From: a virus
Reading direction: 5' to 3' (one strand)
Virus record (IMG/VR): IMGVR_UViG_3300047175_000146
Span: 1 to 62,811 of that record
Length of the DNA stretch: 62,811 nt
The translations under genes were made by a program, and so were the position numbers. The notes under the pieces are model-generated. The model ran no database searches, was not told the DNA's origin, and worked only from the letters and a program-made list of their open reading frames with translations. Every line of letters begins with the position of its first letter. The first letter of the stretch is position 1. Shown piece after piece: positions 27,301-33,236 of this stretch.

Positions 27301-28396
27301 GTTCTGGAACCGCACCTTCAAGGACGTGGCGCACATGATGGTGCGCGCGGTGGGGTGGAACTTGGGCACCGTCCGCGAGCTCGGGGGCGCGGCCATCGAC
27401 GTCGTCAAACTGCTCGACTACATGGCGCGCGGCGCGCCACCCGAGCCTGCGGGTACAGGCCTCACCAAAACGGCGCAGGCGCGCATGGACTACGAAGCGT
27501 CCAAATCCACCCTGACGCGCATCGCCGAGAAGGCCGGCCATCGCATCACATACACCCTGGCCCTGATCGCCACCACGATGCTGCTCGGCGCCATTGCGAC
27601 CAAGCTCATGAGCGGCCAGGGTCCTCAAGAGATCAAGGATTATTTCTTCCCGTGGACGGGGCGCAAAACCAAGTACGGCACCAAGGAACGCATGTCGATG
27701 CCGACCTACACCAAGGATTTGTATGAGTACGGCACCATGCCTGTGCAAACGCTGATCAACAAGGCCAACCCCATTTTTGGGATCATGCATTCCATTTATG
27801 CCAACGAGGACTTCTACGGCAACCCCATCCGCCATTCGGATGCGGATTTCTGGACCCAGATGAAGGAGGGCGCCTCGTACGCGGCCCGCGAGACGCTGCC
27901 ATTTTCCTACCAGGGCGGCAAGCAGTACTTGAGCGCGCGCAACCAGGAGTTGGGCGATGCGAGCGGCGATCTGAAACGTCAAGTGCTGACCATCGCGCCG
28001 TACGCCGGCTTCGGTCCCGCACCGGCGCGCATCACCTCACCCGACCAGATGGAGCGCTATCAGCAGGAGGAGGAAGAGCGCGGTTGGGTGCGCGGCCTGC
28101 AACGCCAGTACAAGGCGGCGCTCGAGCGCCACGATGAGCCTGAAATAAAGCGCCTGCGGGCCGAGCTCGCCGCGGCCAAGCACAAGGCCAAGCAGACGCA
28201 GGGTGCGATCAAACAGGACCGTTCCAAAGCGCGCGAACAGGCTGACAAAATCGGTGCACTCATCCAAGGCAAATCGCGCGATCAAGCCGTCGCGGCACTC
28301 AAGGACGCCGGCCTGCCGGCTTTTGCGCAATTGTGGAATGCGATGTCCGATAATTTGCGGCCGCGGGTGGCTGAAAGACTAGGAGCCTATGCGTGA
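18371..28396 (+). CDS. Giant (3,341 aa) polyvalent virion/ejection protein
   Basis: Uninterrupted 10,026-nt ORF. Motifs are readable for GGDEF, a pyrophosphatase-like barrel, RadC/JAB (HNHPSG), zincin HExxH, an 'EIQSDWHQ' polyvalent-associated block, and a C-terminal membrane/coiled-coil core. It sits between internal-virion-type genes and the lysis cassette. Confidence 0.85.
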   Translation: MAAGWIAQGPPQPAGPANDAPVGNAPPGNTIAGDWQLVGQPEPLDPTAIKPVAKNAIEDTRSIYQQARDFVFGHDPDADDTDQVRKPGVLPSIVAGAQDLDRGTKDFATAGPDWSTLAKAYPHILAAQAERVGAGVQEATGASQTQSAELQIAALNVLPQAAARLKSQVPGQSGIVPVEQLAQDPLVEKTARGLGLDPVVFASQWSQYAGMSPEKQADAMADAQATLADGAKNKELGANSRYQAWADERAWEPSDLLNGKLDPWTLKSVAFNTATALPAVVATAGATLAGSAAGGPAGGLIAGATVGSAIFGPQGYANAKDAIDAQSSRLLEKADELDAAAPIGSRRALNPAAALLRQQAADLQASSDKIAMTAGMLTAVASAAGGAPLSAVLARAPGGQAILNRIVGSAIAQTAGGRVAGTAIANGAGAVVQASLQKAIDVGIVHEDQSLADALKDIAAAGVIGVTTALPIAGAHEMLIGGPRAQAKRDFDTEQFAAQAQRMAAGGALGGEPSAASQEDYPGYRWDPNIPNGTDRNGNAVYGRFVPTGTNGANAETTAALTGPQQPTGETNADGGEPLGGAGGGGAAGARQAYTDKMTALNTAAAKAEKRSDITLQPEEEGWSIHVNGEPVATFDTAANARAALASARKLVGTAPKVNPSSSASAATAEADTDQGQSGAPQAQTEFPQNPPSEDAAGTNAPAKPTAAAPASGDANLDDLEHTQQIDVQPETDRRQDTDLRARFDAMTPEQKFAAAYAHELTGIPNRRAYVDSPKKPAQVSIDVDSLKWVNDNMGHPSGDAYLKAVATALHQASGGNAYHISGDEFVVQADSPEHAQAIMAAAKARLADATLTFEHPDGRTITLKGIGVSHGTGQSLEEADSRLAQNKADREQSGLRAGRGSEPPGTSRGSAQAGLPAEERGPATGGGLSGGRQTEVLGQRVQAPAVPTQAQAAAGNYFKPTVEWHGLPIKIENEPGSQRSFTYPNGNPGQRTMLAHYGYFPGREGADGDGVDVYIGPAKSADSGKAYVIDQLRPEGGAFDEHKVVVGVGSAKQAKELYLKHYQEGWQGFGAITAMDHEALADWLAHGDLTQPVAWKPVIERGQGPDARYDSILEYLARHKRGLDSTEAEAQGIDPADMKLAAAHVGIRRAFRKGGMGFDQAAEHLHEEGYPVTDEHGNYSPNVLLERLADELAGIKHFSSHNQTHTEELARAEHERIVNVQAELSQRQIDRLSAEQIEARMAALEAEQERLAIQAERTAGDAEDMNSIPFSKRQRDLFGEQNHVKNEIKKLQIAKDKKRNSGQESLETGRPDDLFSQARQQMDLTDIKEPPTEYALADKASKRPISNQLDIFAPRAVTPAAAAVKKSAAILSQKTKLVTVGTFRSGHDKITTWQQAAHVLAPLRKGSQETMAVLVLDKNGKPLSVIRGGMGTINGASVEYWSLSGAVASIPGADSVYLVHNHPSGSLVQGEADNTATAKLTDLLDAMGLKTHGMIVLTPNGAKASFVPSDPNLLGHQGIPGEVAPGGKTRALVPVAERRYAAGNRQTGLPEGVIGTQLANPRGTRKVVETVAQHTPSGVLLLNNHYRVVGLLPMADAAKAALRLGSDNTGAWDLLRALHEANANNIIPYGVSEDAVKNVVRFARAAALNAPDAFVKNATGAWNSMQESGFAPAGDTFKRTKSQSGVGMPVADVKAIVDKLLGHFRNNPTDVVVVQSAADLDKIPELAGRTDPDAIGLLDPRTGKIYLVADEMHSPEHVALTLAHEYVVHYGLRAQFDDRQNAEYQAILSGVFKAMPAEVRARFEQAFPGQDFASSTLNQRLVAAEEALAYAEERYANGADISKPVQGLLERLYTLLRDWLRNKLGLAPKFDSLFVRRTLDDLRTFLKNSRNRPESQRSDEAPAAAKPQDTFYSALARAVDAAKRDKGTGPEWEATLRNMTGVKAEEMQWLGLKDWLAGRGRVTKQEVAEYVHAHRVQLGEVRYGGNDQRDVYLNEIRSHGFDVTEESGGHPRLIFPEDWEEEDPPPAVTRAYHELEDLMAGGDPPQYQEWATPGGQNYREMLFTLQSKPYGVDLRKSIFDKYEPRIRQMYDKAMDISRTDTQGDLDRAAAAREVDRLRDERNIEADRIFTVPEPYISPHWEVDNVVAHARADDRFGPHGERVYHIHEIQSDWHQAGRKHGYVSGFDLARLKAASAGDPSNRLNPNAPPDAPFKTSWPELAFKHMLREAVERGYDAISWDTGSTNAGRYNMQRVADKISVAITPNKEPPEYHVRATKGGTVVHQSSDLNEEQLAELLGKDMAQKAISRLGVANAVSTDFLGDDLKIGGAGMRAFYDGILPKKVNALVKKWGASVEAATLPSKPGGRATIEQIDGGHWRVTDRDGRHFEFDDFRDAREFLAAESKHNAAGPEGGLPVHLVRITPAMRDSVLEGLPMFKKKGKGKGGAPPAPRAPGPIRKGYEVARTVASSIPNNEFVMAFRRILAPAGVSEFSRSAALLTRENLGELAQAKTQALHDLESYAKAFDQLPIPDRYDFIDAMETGQSQPHAPLQRAADTIRGMLDDTREEVQALGVGALENWIENYFPHIWQDQKAASKVFRQIFGRRPLKGPASFLKQRTIPTTREGLEKGLQPISSNPLILAYAKIVEMKRFIAGVKLMQKFKDEGLAVFLPAHKMMPEGWAEIEDAVGRVLQWSEAEGGFVIRGKYIMPQDAARVINNHLSASALANFLPAQLFRVASNAVNALQLGFSGFHLGFTTLDAIVSKNALGIERLLHGEPVRAAATFLEANGVITGPIMNLARGYKLLKAYTNISGATPEMRQLVEALQAGGGRVSMDMSFAAARGISPFKGTGFATLAGEVKGALTLPSGRMAELGKVVGGFPREYATRLWRDLQAMVHEMQWPILTVPLEIAGRITRASTSVIMEHIVPMQKLGVFSDLASDWLRRNPQADPVAMHEAMQRIWDSVDNRLGEMVYDNVFWNRTFKDVAHMMVRAVGWNLGTVRELGGAAIDVVKLLDYMARGAPPEPAGTGLTKTAQARMDYEASKSTLTRIAEKAGHRITYTLALIATTMLLGAIATKLMSGQGPQEIKDYFFPWTGRKTKYGTKERMSMPTYTKDLYEYGTMPVQTLINKANPIFGIMHSIYANEDFYGNPIRHSDADFWTQMKEGASYAARETLPFSYQGGKQYLSARNQELGDASGDLKRQVLTIAPYAGFGPAPARITSPDQMERYQQEEEERGWVRGLQRQYKAALERHDEPEIKRLRAELAAAKHKAKQTQGAIKQDRSKAREQADKIGALIQGKSRDQAVAALKDAGLPAFAQLWNAMSDNLRPRVAERLGAYA
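20630..21060 (+). other. GGDEF (diguanylate-cyclase-type) domain, active-site variant SGDEF, no RxxD I-site
   Basis: The sequence reads 'HELTGIPNRRAY...QVSIDVDSLKWVNDNMGHPSGDAYLKAVATAL...AYHISGDEFVVQ...GIGVSHGTG.SLEEADSRLAQNK'. SGDEF is at 20834..20848. The residues 5-9 upstream are ASGG, not RxxD. Confidence 0.75.
21235..21650 (+). other. Inorganic-pyrophosphatase-like domain (tentative)
   Basis: 'GADGDGVDVYIG' resembles the PPase D-x-D-x-x-D signature, followed by 'FDEHKVVVGV' and 'AKELYLKHY'. Confidence 0.35.
22530..22890 (+). other. RadC-like JAB/MPN domain
   Basis: 'ETMAVLVLDKNGKPLSVIRGGMGTINGASV...VYLVHNHPSGSLVQGEADNTATAKL'. HNHPSG is at 22751..22768. A second, degenerate JAB-like stretch ('VLLLNNHYRVVGLLPM') follows. 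Confidence 0.8.
23560..23760 (+). other. Zincin-like metallopeptidase motif region (HExxH)
   Basis: 'IYLVADEMHSPEHVALTLAHEYVVHYGL'. HEYVVH is at 23663..23680. Confidence 0.5.
24101..25680 (+). other. Large-polyvalent-protein-associated block
   Basis: 'TFYSALARAV...GPEWEATLRNMTGVKAEEMQWLGLKDWL', 'RVYHIHEIQSDWHQAGRKHGY' (24863..24895), 'GGAGMRAFYDGILPKKVNALVKKWG' and 'LPMFKKKGKG' recall blocks seen in giant phage/conjugative-element proteins. This is from memory only. Confidence 0.45.
25740..28396 (+). other. C-terminal ejection-core region with TM helix and coiled coil
   Basis: 'GRRPLKGPASFLKQRTIPT' (26176..26222); hydrophobic helix 'ITYTLALIATTMLLGAIATKLM' (about 27545..27610); charged coiled coil 'ERYQQEEEERGWVRGLQRQYKAALERHDEPEIKRLRAELAAAKHKAKQ'. 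Confidence 0.5.
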
Positions 28397-28734
28397 GCCA
28401 GTTACCGGAATTCGAGGGCCAGGGAGTAATCGATTTGGCATTGGGGGCGCTGGTGGGCATCATTAGCTGGCTTGGCAGCCGCCTCTGGGGCAAAGTCGAC
28501 ACGATGCAGGAAGTGCAGGCCAATCACGCCAAGAGTTTCGTAGAACGCCACGAAATGCAGAAGCATTTGGATGATTTGCGCGTGGAGGTGCAGCGCGACA
28601 TCGATACCGCGGCCGCCACCGCCATGCGCATGCACGCGGAGAACCTGTCACGGTTCGACAAAATCGACAGTTCGATGAACCGGCTGCACGACCGGATCGA
28701 CGGCGCCACGCGGCGCGGCAACGAGCAGCGCTGA
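28393..28734 (+). CDS. Membrane-anchored coiled-coil protein (i-spanin- or holin-like)
   Basis: GTGA overlap with the giant ORF. The N-terminal TM 'VIDLALGALVGIISWLGSRLW' is followed by a charged helical region. It is adjacent to the endolysin. Confidence 0.5.
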   Translation: MSQLPEFEGQGVIDLALGALVGIISWLGSRLWGKVDTMQEVQANHAKSFVERHEMQKHLDDLRVEVQRDIDTAAATAMRMHAENLSRFDKIDSSMNRLHDRIDGATRRGNEQR

Positions 28735-29228
28735 TGTCCGCTGCACCGGATGACCTGACGCAGCACCTCGAGGCGCAGTTGACCGTGGAGGAGGGCCAAA
28801 CCAATTTTATCTATGACGATGCCGCGGGGCCGGTGCCATTCAAGGCCGGCATGACGCTCAAGGGCAACTTGAGCGCCGGCACCGGTATCAACCTGATGAG
28901 CGGCTTCGACGCCCCCGAGTTGGCCTTCATCGAAAACAACCGCATCGCCAAAGCACGCACGGCATTGAGTCAATTCGCTTGGTATACCGCCCAGGACGAG
29001 GTGCGCCAAGCGGCGCTCGCGGACCTCGCGTTCAATCTGGGCGTCGGCGGCCTCCTACACTGGCCGCATTTCTTGTCTTACATGGCCGACAAGGCTTATC
29101 CTGCCGCGGTCGATGAAATCGTGACCAACGCGGTGTGGGTGGCCCAGGTGCATCCCGCCCGGGCGAACCGCATCGCACAGATGATCGCAACCGGCACTTG
29201 GCCAACGGATATCAAGGTGGCAACGTGA
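28734..29228 (+). CDS. Endolysin, T4-lysozyme (GH24)-like muramidase
   Basis: 'LTVEEGQTNFIYDDAAGP...LSAGTGINL' fits the E-x8-D-x(n)-T catalytic layout, and 'ALADLAFNLGVGGLLHWPHF' fits the helical lobe. Confidence 0.75.
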   Translation: MSAAPDDLTQHLEAQLTVEEGQTNFIYDDAAGPVPFKAGMTLKGNLSAGTGINLMSGFDAPELAFIENNRIAKARTALSQFAWYTAQDEVRQAALADLAFNLGVGGLLHWPHFLSYMADKAYPAAVDEIVTNAVWVAQVHPARANRIAQMIATGTWPTDIKVAT

Positions 29229-29605
29229 GCACGACCAGCCAAAAGGCCGACATGCTTCTCGCCTGGGCGCAGATCCTGCTGGCGTTCCTGTTCACCGCCG
29301 GCATCTTCTCGCTGGTGTTCTTCCTGCTGCTTTCCAAAAATCCGCCCACTGGTTCGGCGCTGACCATCGTCGGCGGCGTCATCAGCGCGCTGATCACTGT
29401 GCTGACACTGCAGCAAAATTACTTCTTTGCGCGGCAGCGACCCCCCACGTTGCCCGATCCGGCTCCTTCCGCCCCCACACTTACCGGAGTATTCACCAAT
29501 GGACCTTCTGGCAGCCCTTCTGGCAACGACACAACCACTACCACGCTATCTATCCAACCTGCTCCTCCTGGTGCTCCTAACGCTGCTGGTGGCCGTAGCG
29601 CTTAG
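29225..29605 (+). CDS. Holin-like membrane protein with two TM helices
   Basis: The GTG start overlaps the endolysin stop. TM helices are 'LLAWAQILLAFLFTAGIFSLVFFLLL' and 'ALTIVGGVISALITVLTLQ', followed by a Pro/Thr-rich tail. Confidence 0.5.
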   Translation: MSTTSQKADMLLAWAQILLAFLFTAGIFSLVFFLLLSKNPPTGSALTIVGGVISALITVLTLQQNYFFARQRPPTLPDPAPSAPTLTGVFTNGPSGSPSGNDTTTTTLSIQPAPPGAPNAAGGRSA

Positions 29606-29966
29606 CGGTTGTCAAACCACGGCGGGCGGTTCCAGTCCGGCGCTGCAGACCTTCGATGCCGTTTATGCCGGCGCTGTCCAAGCCGAAACGCTGATCATTC
29701 AGGAAACGAGCATGGCGCTCGCCGGCCGCGTGATCTCGCCGGCGCAGGCCAGCAACGTGCTGGCGGTCACCGATTCGGTCAAGGCGGTGCTGGATGCGGC
29801 CAAGGCGGCCGCCATGGCGGGCAATTCGGGTTTGGCCACTGCGAATGTGGCCAGCGCCACCGCGGCGATCGCCGCGCTCTCCATCTGTTTGACCGCCAAA
29901 CCGTTGACGGTGGTCAGCTTTGCCGGCTGTACCGCGAAATTGACACCCGTGGCCGTGCAATCATGA
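29499..29966 (+). CDS. Lipoprotein (possible o-spanin), gene starts inside the preceding gene in another frame
   Basis: Signal plus lipobox 'LLLLVLLTLLVAVALSGCQT'. Overlaps 29225..29605 by 107 nt. Confidence 0.55.
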   Translation: MDLLAALLATTQPLPRYLSNLLLLVLLTLLVAVALSGCQTTAGGSSPALQTFDAVYAGAVQAETLIIQETSMALAGRVISPAQASNVLAVTDSVKAVLDAAKAAAMAGNSGLATANVASATAAIAALSICLTAKPLTVVSFAGCTAKLTPVAVQS

Positions 29967-30160
29967 GCCCGTCCGCCATTCTGGCCCTGATCGAGGGCAT
30001 AGCCACCGCGGTGCCTTCGCTGATCGCTTTGTTCAAGACCGCGTCGGCGGGTGGCACTGTGACGCAGGCAGAGATCGATGCTGCCTTGAGCGGCTATGCC
30101 GCCGCTAGGGCAGCCTTGGTGGCGCAGATCGCCGCCGATACGCCCCCTCAAGCGTCATGA
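29963..30160 (+). CDS. Small hydrophobic/helical protein
   Basis: ATGA overlap start; 65 aa, 'MSPSAILALIEGIATAVPSLIALF...'. Confidence 0.45.
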   Translation: MSPSAILALIEGIATAVPSLIALFKTASAGGTVTQAEIDAALSGYAAARAALVAQIAADTPPQAS

Positions 30161-30453
30161 TCAAGCCCACCGTCGGGCGGGTGGTCCATTATTTCGACCG
30201 CAAAGGTTTGCGGGTCGAACAGCCGCAGGCGGCCCTGATCACCTACGTGCACAACGACCGGCTGGTCAATTTGACGGCCATGCGTCCCTCCGGCGAGATC
30301 ATGGCGCTGCAAAGCGTGGTTTTGTGGCACGGCGAGCGCGGCATTGACGAGGAACCGGCAAGTGCTTTTTGCTGCTGGATGCCGTATCAAAAAGCGGTCG
30401 CCAGCGGGGCGTTGCCGCCGACGCTGCACGCGGAACCGAAAACAGACGGTTAG
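30157..30453 (+). CDS. Hypothetical protein
   Basis: 98-aa ORF with an ATGA overlap start. Confidence 0.5.
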   Translation: MIKPTVGRVVHYFDRKGLRVEQPQAALITYVHNDRLVNLTAMRPSGEIMALQSVVLWHGERGIDEEPASAFCCWMPYQKAVASGALPPTLHAEPKTDG

Positions 30454-30755
30454 ACGGGTGCCTGCCAGAGCCAGCGGCGGGCCGCCTTGGGGATCCAGAT
30501 GAAGCCGCGCGCCGCGGCCCCATCGGTCGGCCAACCGAATTGCTCGGACAACTCTTCGATCGCCCGGCTCGCATTGTCGCAACACAGGATGTAACGGCGT
30601 TGCCAGGCAGCCGCGCGCCGCTCGTCTAAACGACGGCGGGCGGCGTCGATGTGGGCCAGCGCCAGATTGCCCTCGCGAACGGCCAGTTTCAGCCGCATGG
30701 CCGGGCCGGTATGGCGCAAGGCATGGAACCGTTTGACATCGCCGTCTGCTGACAC
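30450..30755 (-). CDS. Hypothetical protein, lone leftward gene in a rightward block
   Basis: 101 aa with a GTG start and good GC3 bias. Its stop overlaps the stop of 30157..30453 by 4 nt (convergent). Confidence 0.5.
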   Translation of the reverse strand: MSADGDVKRFHALRHTGPAMRLKLAVREGNLALAHIDAARRRLDERRAAAWQRRYILCCDNASRAIEELSEQFGWPTDGAAARGFIWIPKAARRWLWQAPV

Positions 30756-30763
30756 GGCATAAT
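30733..30763 (+). promoter_or_regulatory. Possible sigma70-type promoter (TTGACA-N19-CATAAT)
   Basis: TTGACA at 30733..30738 and CATAAT at 30758..30763. The spacer is long (19 nt). It points into gene 30783/30840. Confidence 0.3.
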
Positions 30764-30839
30764 CCTACACGCTACACTGCCGTTGGACTACAGGCTTAAA
30801 TGGCAAGACCGAGACCCGTCAACAGGAATCGCACCGGTC

Positions 30840-31106
30840 ATGGACATGAAAGAGACGCTGGAGTGGCAACGCCACAATAGCGAGCGCATCAACAGATTGG
30901 CCAAACTCGGCGACGCCCTCGCCAAGCGCCTGATCGAGGCCTACCGGTTCTTGTACGATCACCGCTTGGATCCGCGCGCACAAGAGGACTGGCTCAAAGT
31001 CTGCGACGACTATGCACGGCGCGAGCTCACCCAAACCACCCGGCGCATCCTGCAGGACCGTTACGGGCACAAGATACCCAAAACCTTGCGTCGGCTGGAT
31101 TCCTGA
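30840..31106 (+). CDS. Hypothetical protein
   Basis: ORF 30783..31106 (TTG) with first ATG at 30840; helical, charged. Confidence 0.45.
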   Translation: MDMKETLEWQRHNSERINRLAKLGDALAKRLIEAYRFLYDHRLDPRAQEDWLKVCDDYARRELTQTTRRILQDRYGHKIPKTLRRLDS

Positions 31107-31107
31107 C

Positions 31108-31881
31108 ATGGTCTATCGGTACACCGAGGCGGAGCTCAACCTGCTGCAAAAACGCAGCGGGGCGCGCCTTGACCAATTTCAGTTGAATTCCGGCCGTGGG
31201 CTGCCGGCCGAAACGCTCACCGTCATGCAACAGGCACGTGGACTAAAACTCGACGAGAACGGCGAACCGGTGCCAGAGCCGCTGCCACGCCTCAAGAAAC
31301 GCGGCAAAAAGCCAACGAACAAAGTGGACTCGTTTCCAACCTTGGAGGCCGAAGTCGCCCAGGAACTTGAAGGCGGCAAGGCGCCGTTGTCCAAGACCCG
31401 CCGCGCCATCGCGCCCATGAATGCCGAATTGCCGGGCGATAAACGAATGCGCAAGGCCCGAGAGCGCGGCGAGCTCCTGAAAAAGTTGCCGATCCCGAAG
31501 GAGGAGGCCGAGTGCGTGAGCCTGTGGGCCTGGGCGCAGCTCGAGCGTTTCAATCGCCGCCCCATCAGCGAGGTGCTGATCCTGATCCCGAACGGGGCTT
31601 TTCTGGGCGGCAAGGATGCCAAGGCGCGCGCGGTGGTGGCACGCAAGCTCAAAGAACAGGGATTCCAGCCGGGCGTCTATGACTACATCATACCGGTGCC
31701 CTCCAAGGACTGGACCGGTATGTGGCTCGAAATGAAGCGCACGCGCGGCGGGGTGGAATCGAGCGACCAGAAAGCCTTTGCGCGGCGCATGAAGGCCTAC
31801 GGCTGGTACTGCGTGGTCGCCAAGGGCTGGGTCGAAGCTTCCAGGGCAATTGAGCAATATCTGGCGCTCTGTCCGCACTGA
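31108..31881 (+). CDS. VRR-NUC (PD-(D/E)xK) nuclease domain protein
   Basis: C-terminal 'GVYDYIIPVPSKDWTGMWLEMKRTRGGVESSDQKAFARRMKAYGWYCVVAKGWVEASRAIEQYL' shows the D...E-x-K and trailing pattern of VRR-NUC. The N-terminus is basic. Confidence 0.7.
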   Translation: MVYRYTEAELNLLQKRSGARLDQFQLNSGRGLPAETLTVMQQARGLKLDENGEPVPEPLPRLKKRGKKPTNKVDSFPTLEAEVAQELEGGKAPLSKTRRAIAPMNAELPGDKRMRKARERGELLKKLPIPKEEAECVSLWAWAQLERFNRRPISEVLILIPNGAFLGGKDAKARAVVARKLKEQGFQPGVYDYIIPVPSKDWTGMWLEMKRTRGGVESSDQKAFARRMKAYGWYCVVAKGWVEASRAIEQYLALCPH

Positions 31882-31904
31882 CGCTACTGACACTACTGAC
31901 ACTA
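31878..31904 (+). repeat. Three tandem 9-mers CTGACGCTA-CTGACACTA-CTGACACTA abutting a start codon
   Basis: Read directly at 31878..31904. The ATG of the next ORF begins at 31904. Confidence 0.8.
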
Positions 31905-32200
31905 TGCGACAAGTCCAAGATCTCCTTTTTATCGAAACCCTCGATTTCAGCCTGCCCTTGACCAAAGGCGAGATGTGCGTCAGAACCGCGCGCGCCATGT
32001 CCGAGGCCGCCCTGCTCGCGTGCCAACTGGTGGGCATCGAACTCGTCGATTACGAATCCGTGCTGTTCGTGCCGCACCGCTATACGCAGGCGCACGCCCA
32101 AGCCGGTGTAAAAGCATTTCAGGATGAGACCCGCGTGCAATTGCGTTCCAAGGCCTGGCGCGAGCGGGTTGAACGCCAAACGGGGACGATGAGCGGCTGA
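31904..32200 (+). CDS. Hypothetical protein
   Basis: In frame with ORF 31850..32200; first ATG at 31904. Confidence 0.45.
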   Translation: MRQVQDLLFIETLDFSLPLTKGEMCVRTARAMSEAALLACQLVGIELVDYESVLFVPHRYTQAHAQAGVKAFQDETRVQLRSKAWRERVERQTGTMSG

Positions 32201-32976
32201 TGGCGACCGCGGCCAAAGGCAAGAAGAAGCGGGCGACCCTCCTTGGGGTGCCGCGCACCGACCGCGATCGCAAATTCTGCGAACGCTGGCTCGTGCATTT
32301 CGATCACAAGCGCGCCTACAAAGAAGCCGGCTTCTCGATGAACCGCGCAGGGCCGGCGGAAGCCGCCAAGAAGCTTGAGCAGTTCACCGAGTATTTGCGC
32401 CCCTTCAAGGAAGCCAAGGCACGCGAGGTCGCCAAGGTGCTGGTGGTCGAGCAGGAGGATGTGCTCAAAGCCATGTCGCGCAAGGCCGTGTTCGATCCGG
32501 GCGATTTCGTCGAGACGTCCGACACTGCGAAGACACAGACCGTCAGCGATCCTGAAACCGGTGAGCTGATCGAGCAACCGGTGGTATGGGAAGGCAAGCC
32601 GATTTTTGCATCGCGCTTGAAACCGTTCGAGAGCCTGACTTCAGAGCAGCGCCAGACGGTGGAGATCGTCGCTGATTCGGGCGGTGAGGTGCGCTACCGG
32701 CTGCCCTCCATCCGCGAACAACATACCCATTTGATTTCCCTGGGTCGCCAATACGGGATGTTCATCGAGAAACTGATCACAGAACGGCATTTGCATCGGC
32801 ACAATCATGCGCACATGCAATTGGACGGGGTGCCCACCGCCAAGCTCGAGGATCTGACGCTCGAGTTGCTGCCGTACGTGGGCGCGGAGTTTGCAACGCA
32901 ATTGGGGTTCACCCAGCAGGACATCGAAGAGGCGCGCCGCGCCACCGATTTGGTAGCCGCCAATGGCAAGTCCTGA
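32200..32976 (+). CDS. terS: Terminase small subunit
   Basis: 'RDRKFCERWLVHFDHKRAYKEAGFS' matches the Terminase_2-type HTH start. Located immediately upstream of terL (one small gene between). Confidence 0.7.
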   Translation: MATAAKGKKKRATLLGVPRTDRDRKFCERWLVHFDHKRAYKEAGFSMNRAGPAEAAKKLEQFTEYLRPFKEAKAREVAKVLVVEQEDVLKAMSRKAVFDPGDFVETSDTAKTQTVSDPETGELIEQPVVWEGKPIFASRLKPFESLTSEQRQTVEIVADSGGEVRYRLPSIREQHTHLISLGRQYGMFIEKLITERHLHRHNHAHMQLDGVPTAKLEDLTLELLPYVGAEFATQLGFTQQDIEEARRATDLVAANGKS

Positions 32977-33232
32977 ACGGCGTTTTCACGCCAAGATCAA
33001 AATCCCGAAGGCGACCGAGCTCGAGGCCAAGGTGAAACTGCGCATCATGGACGTCATCGATGAGGACCTGCGGCGGCGCTTTCGTACCGTGCAAGAGGTG
33101 GCCGATTACCTGCAGGTCGAGGACGGACGCATCTGGAACCTGCGCGCCAAACGGCACCAGAAATTCAGCTTAAGTTGGCTCTTGCGCCTGGCCCAAGCCG
33201 CGCGCGTCAAAATGCGCATCGATATCGTCTGA
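32963..33232 (+). CDS. Small HTH DNA-binding protein (XRE/HTH_37-like)
   Basis: 'QEVADYLQVEDGRIWNLRAKRHQKFSLSWLLRLAQAARVKMRIDI' fits the family pattern ending in ...L..L...L G..v.i.i. Confidence 0.5.
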   Translation: MASPERRFHAKIKIPKATELEAKVKLRIMDVIDEDLRRRFRTVQEVADYLQVEDGRIWNLRAKRHQKFSLSWLLRLAQAARVKMRIDIV

Positions 33233-33236
33233 TTTC

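Noticed and set aside
18371-28396. N4-type virion RNA polymerase identity for the giant protein, prompted by its size and by the hairpin-capable 17-nt elements
   Set aside because: I could not find T7-like RNAP motifs (T/DxxGR, Rx3Kx6-7YG, catalytic Asp motifs) in the translation. The readable domains are of other types. Two of the four elements are direct and not inverted repeats.
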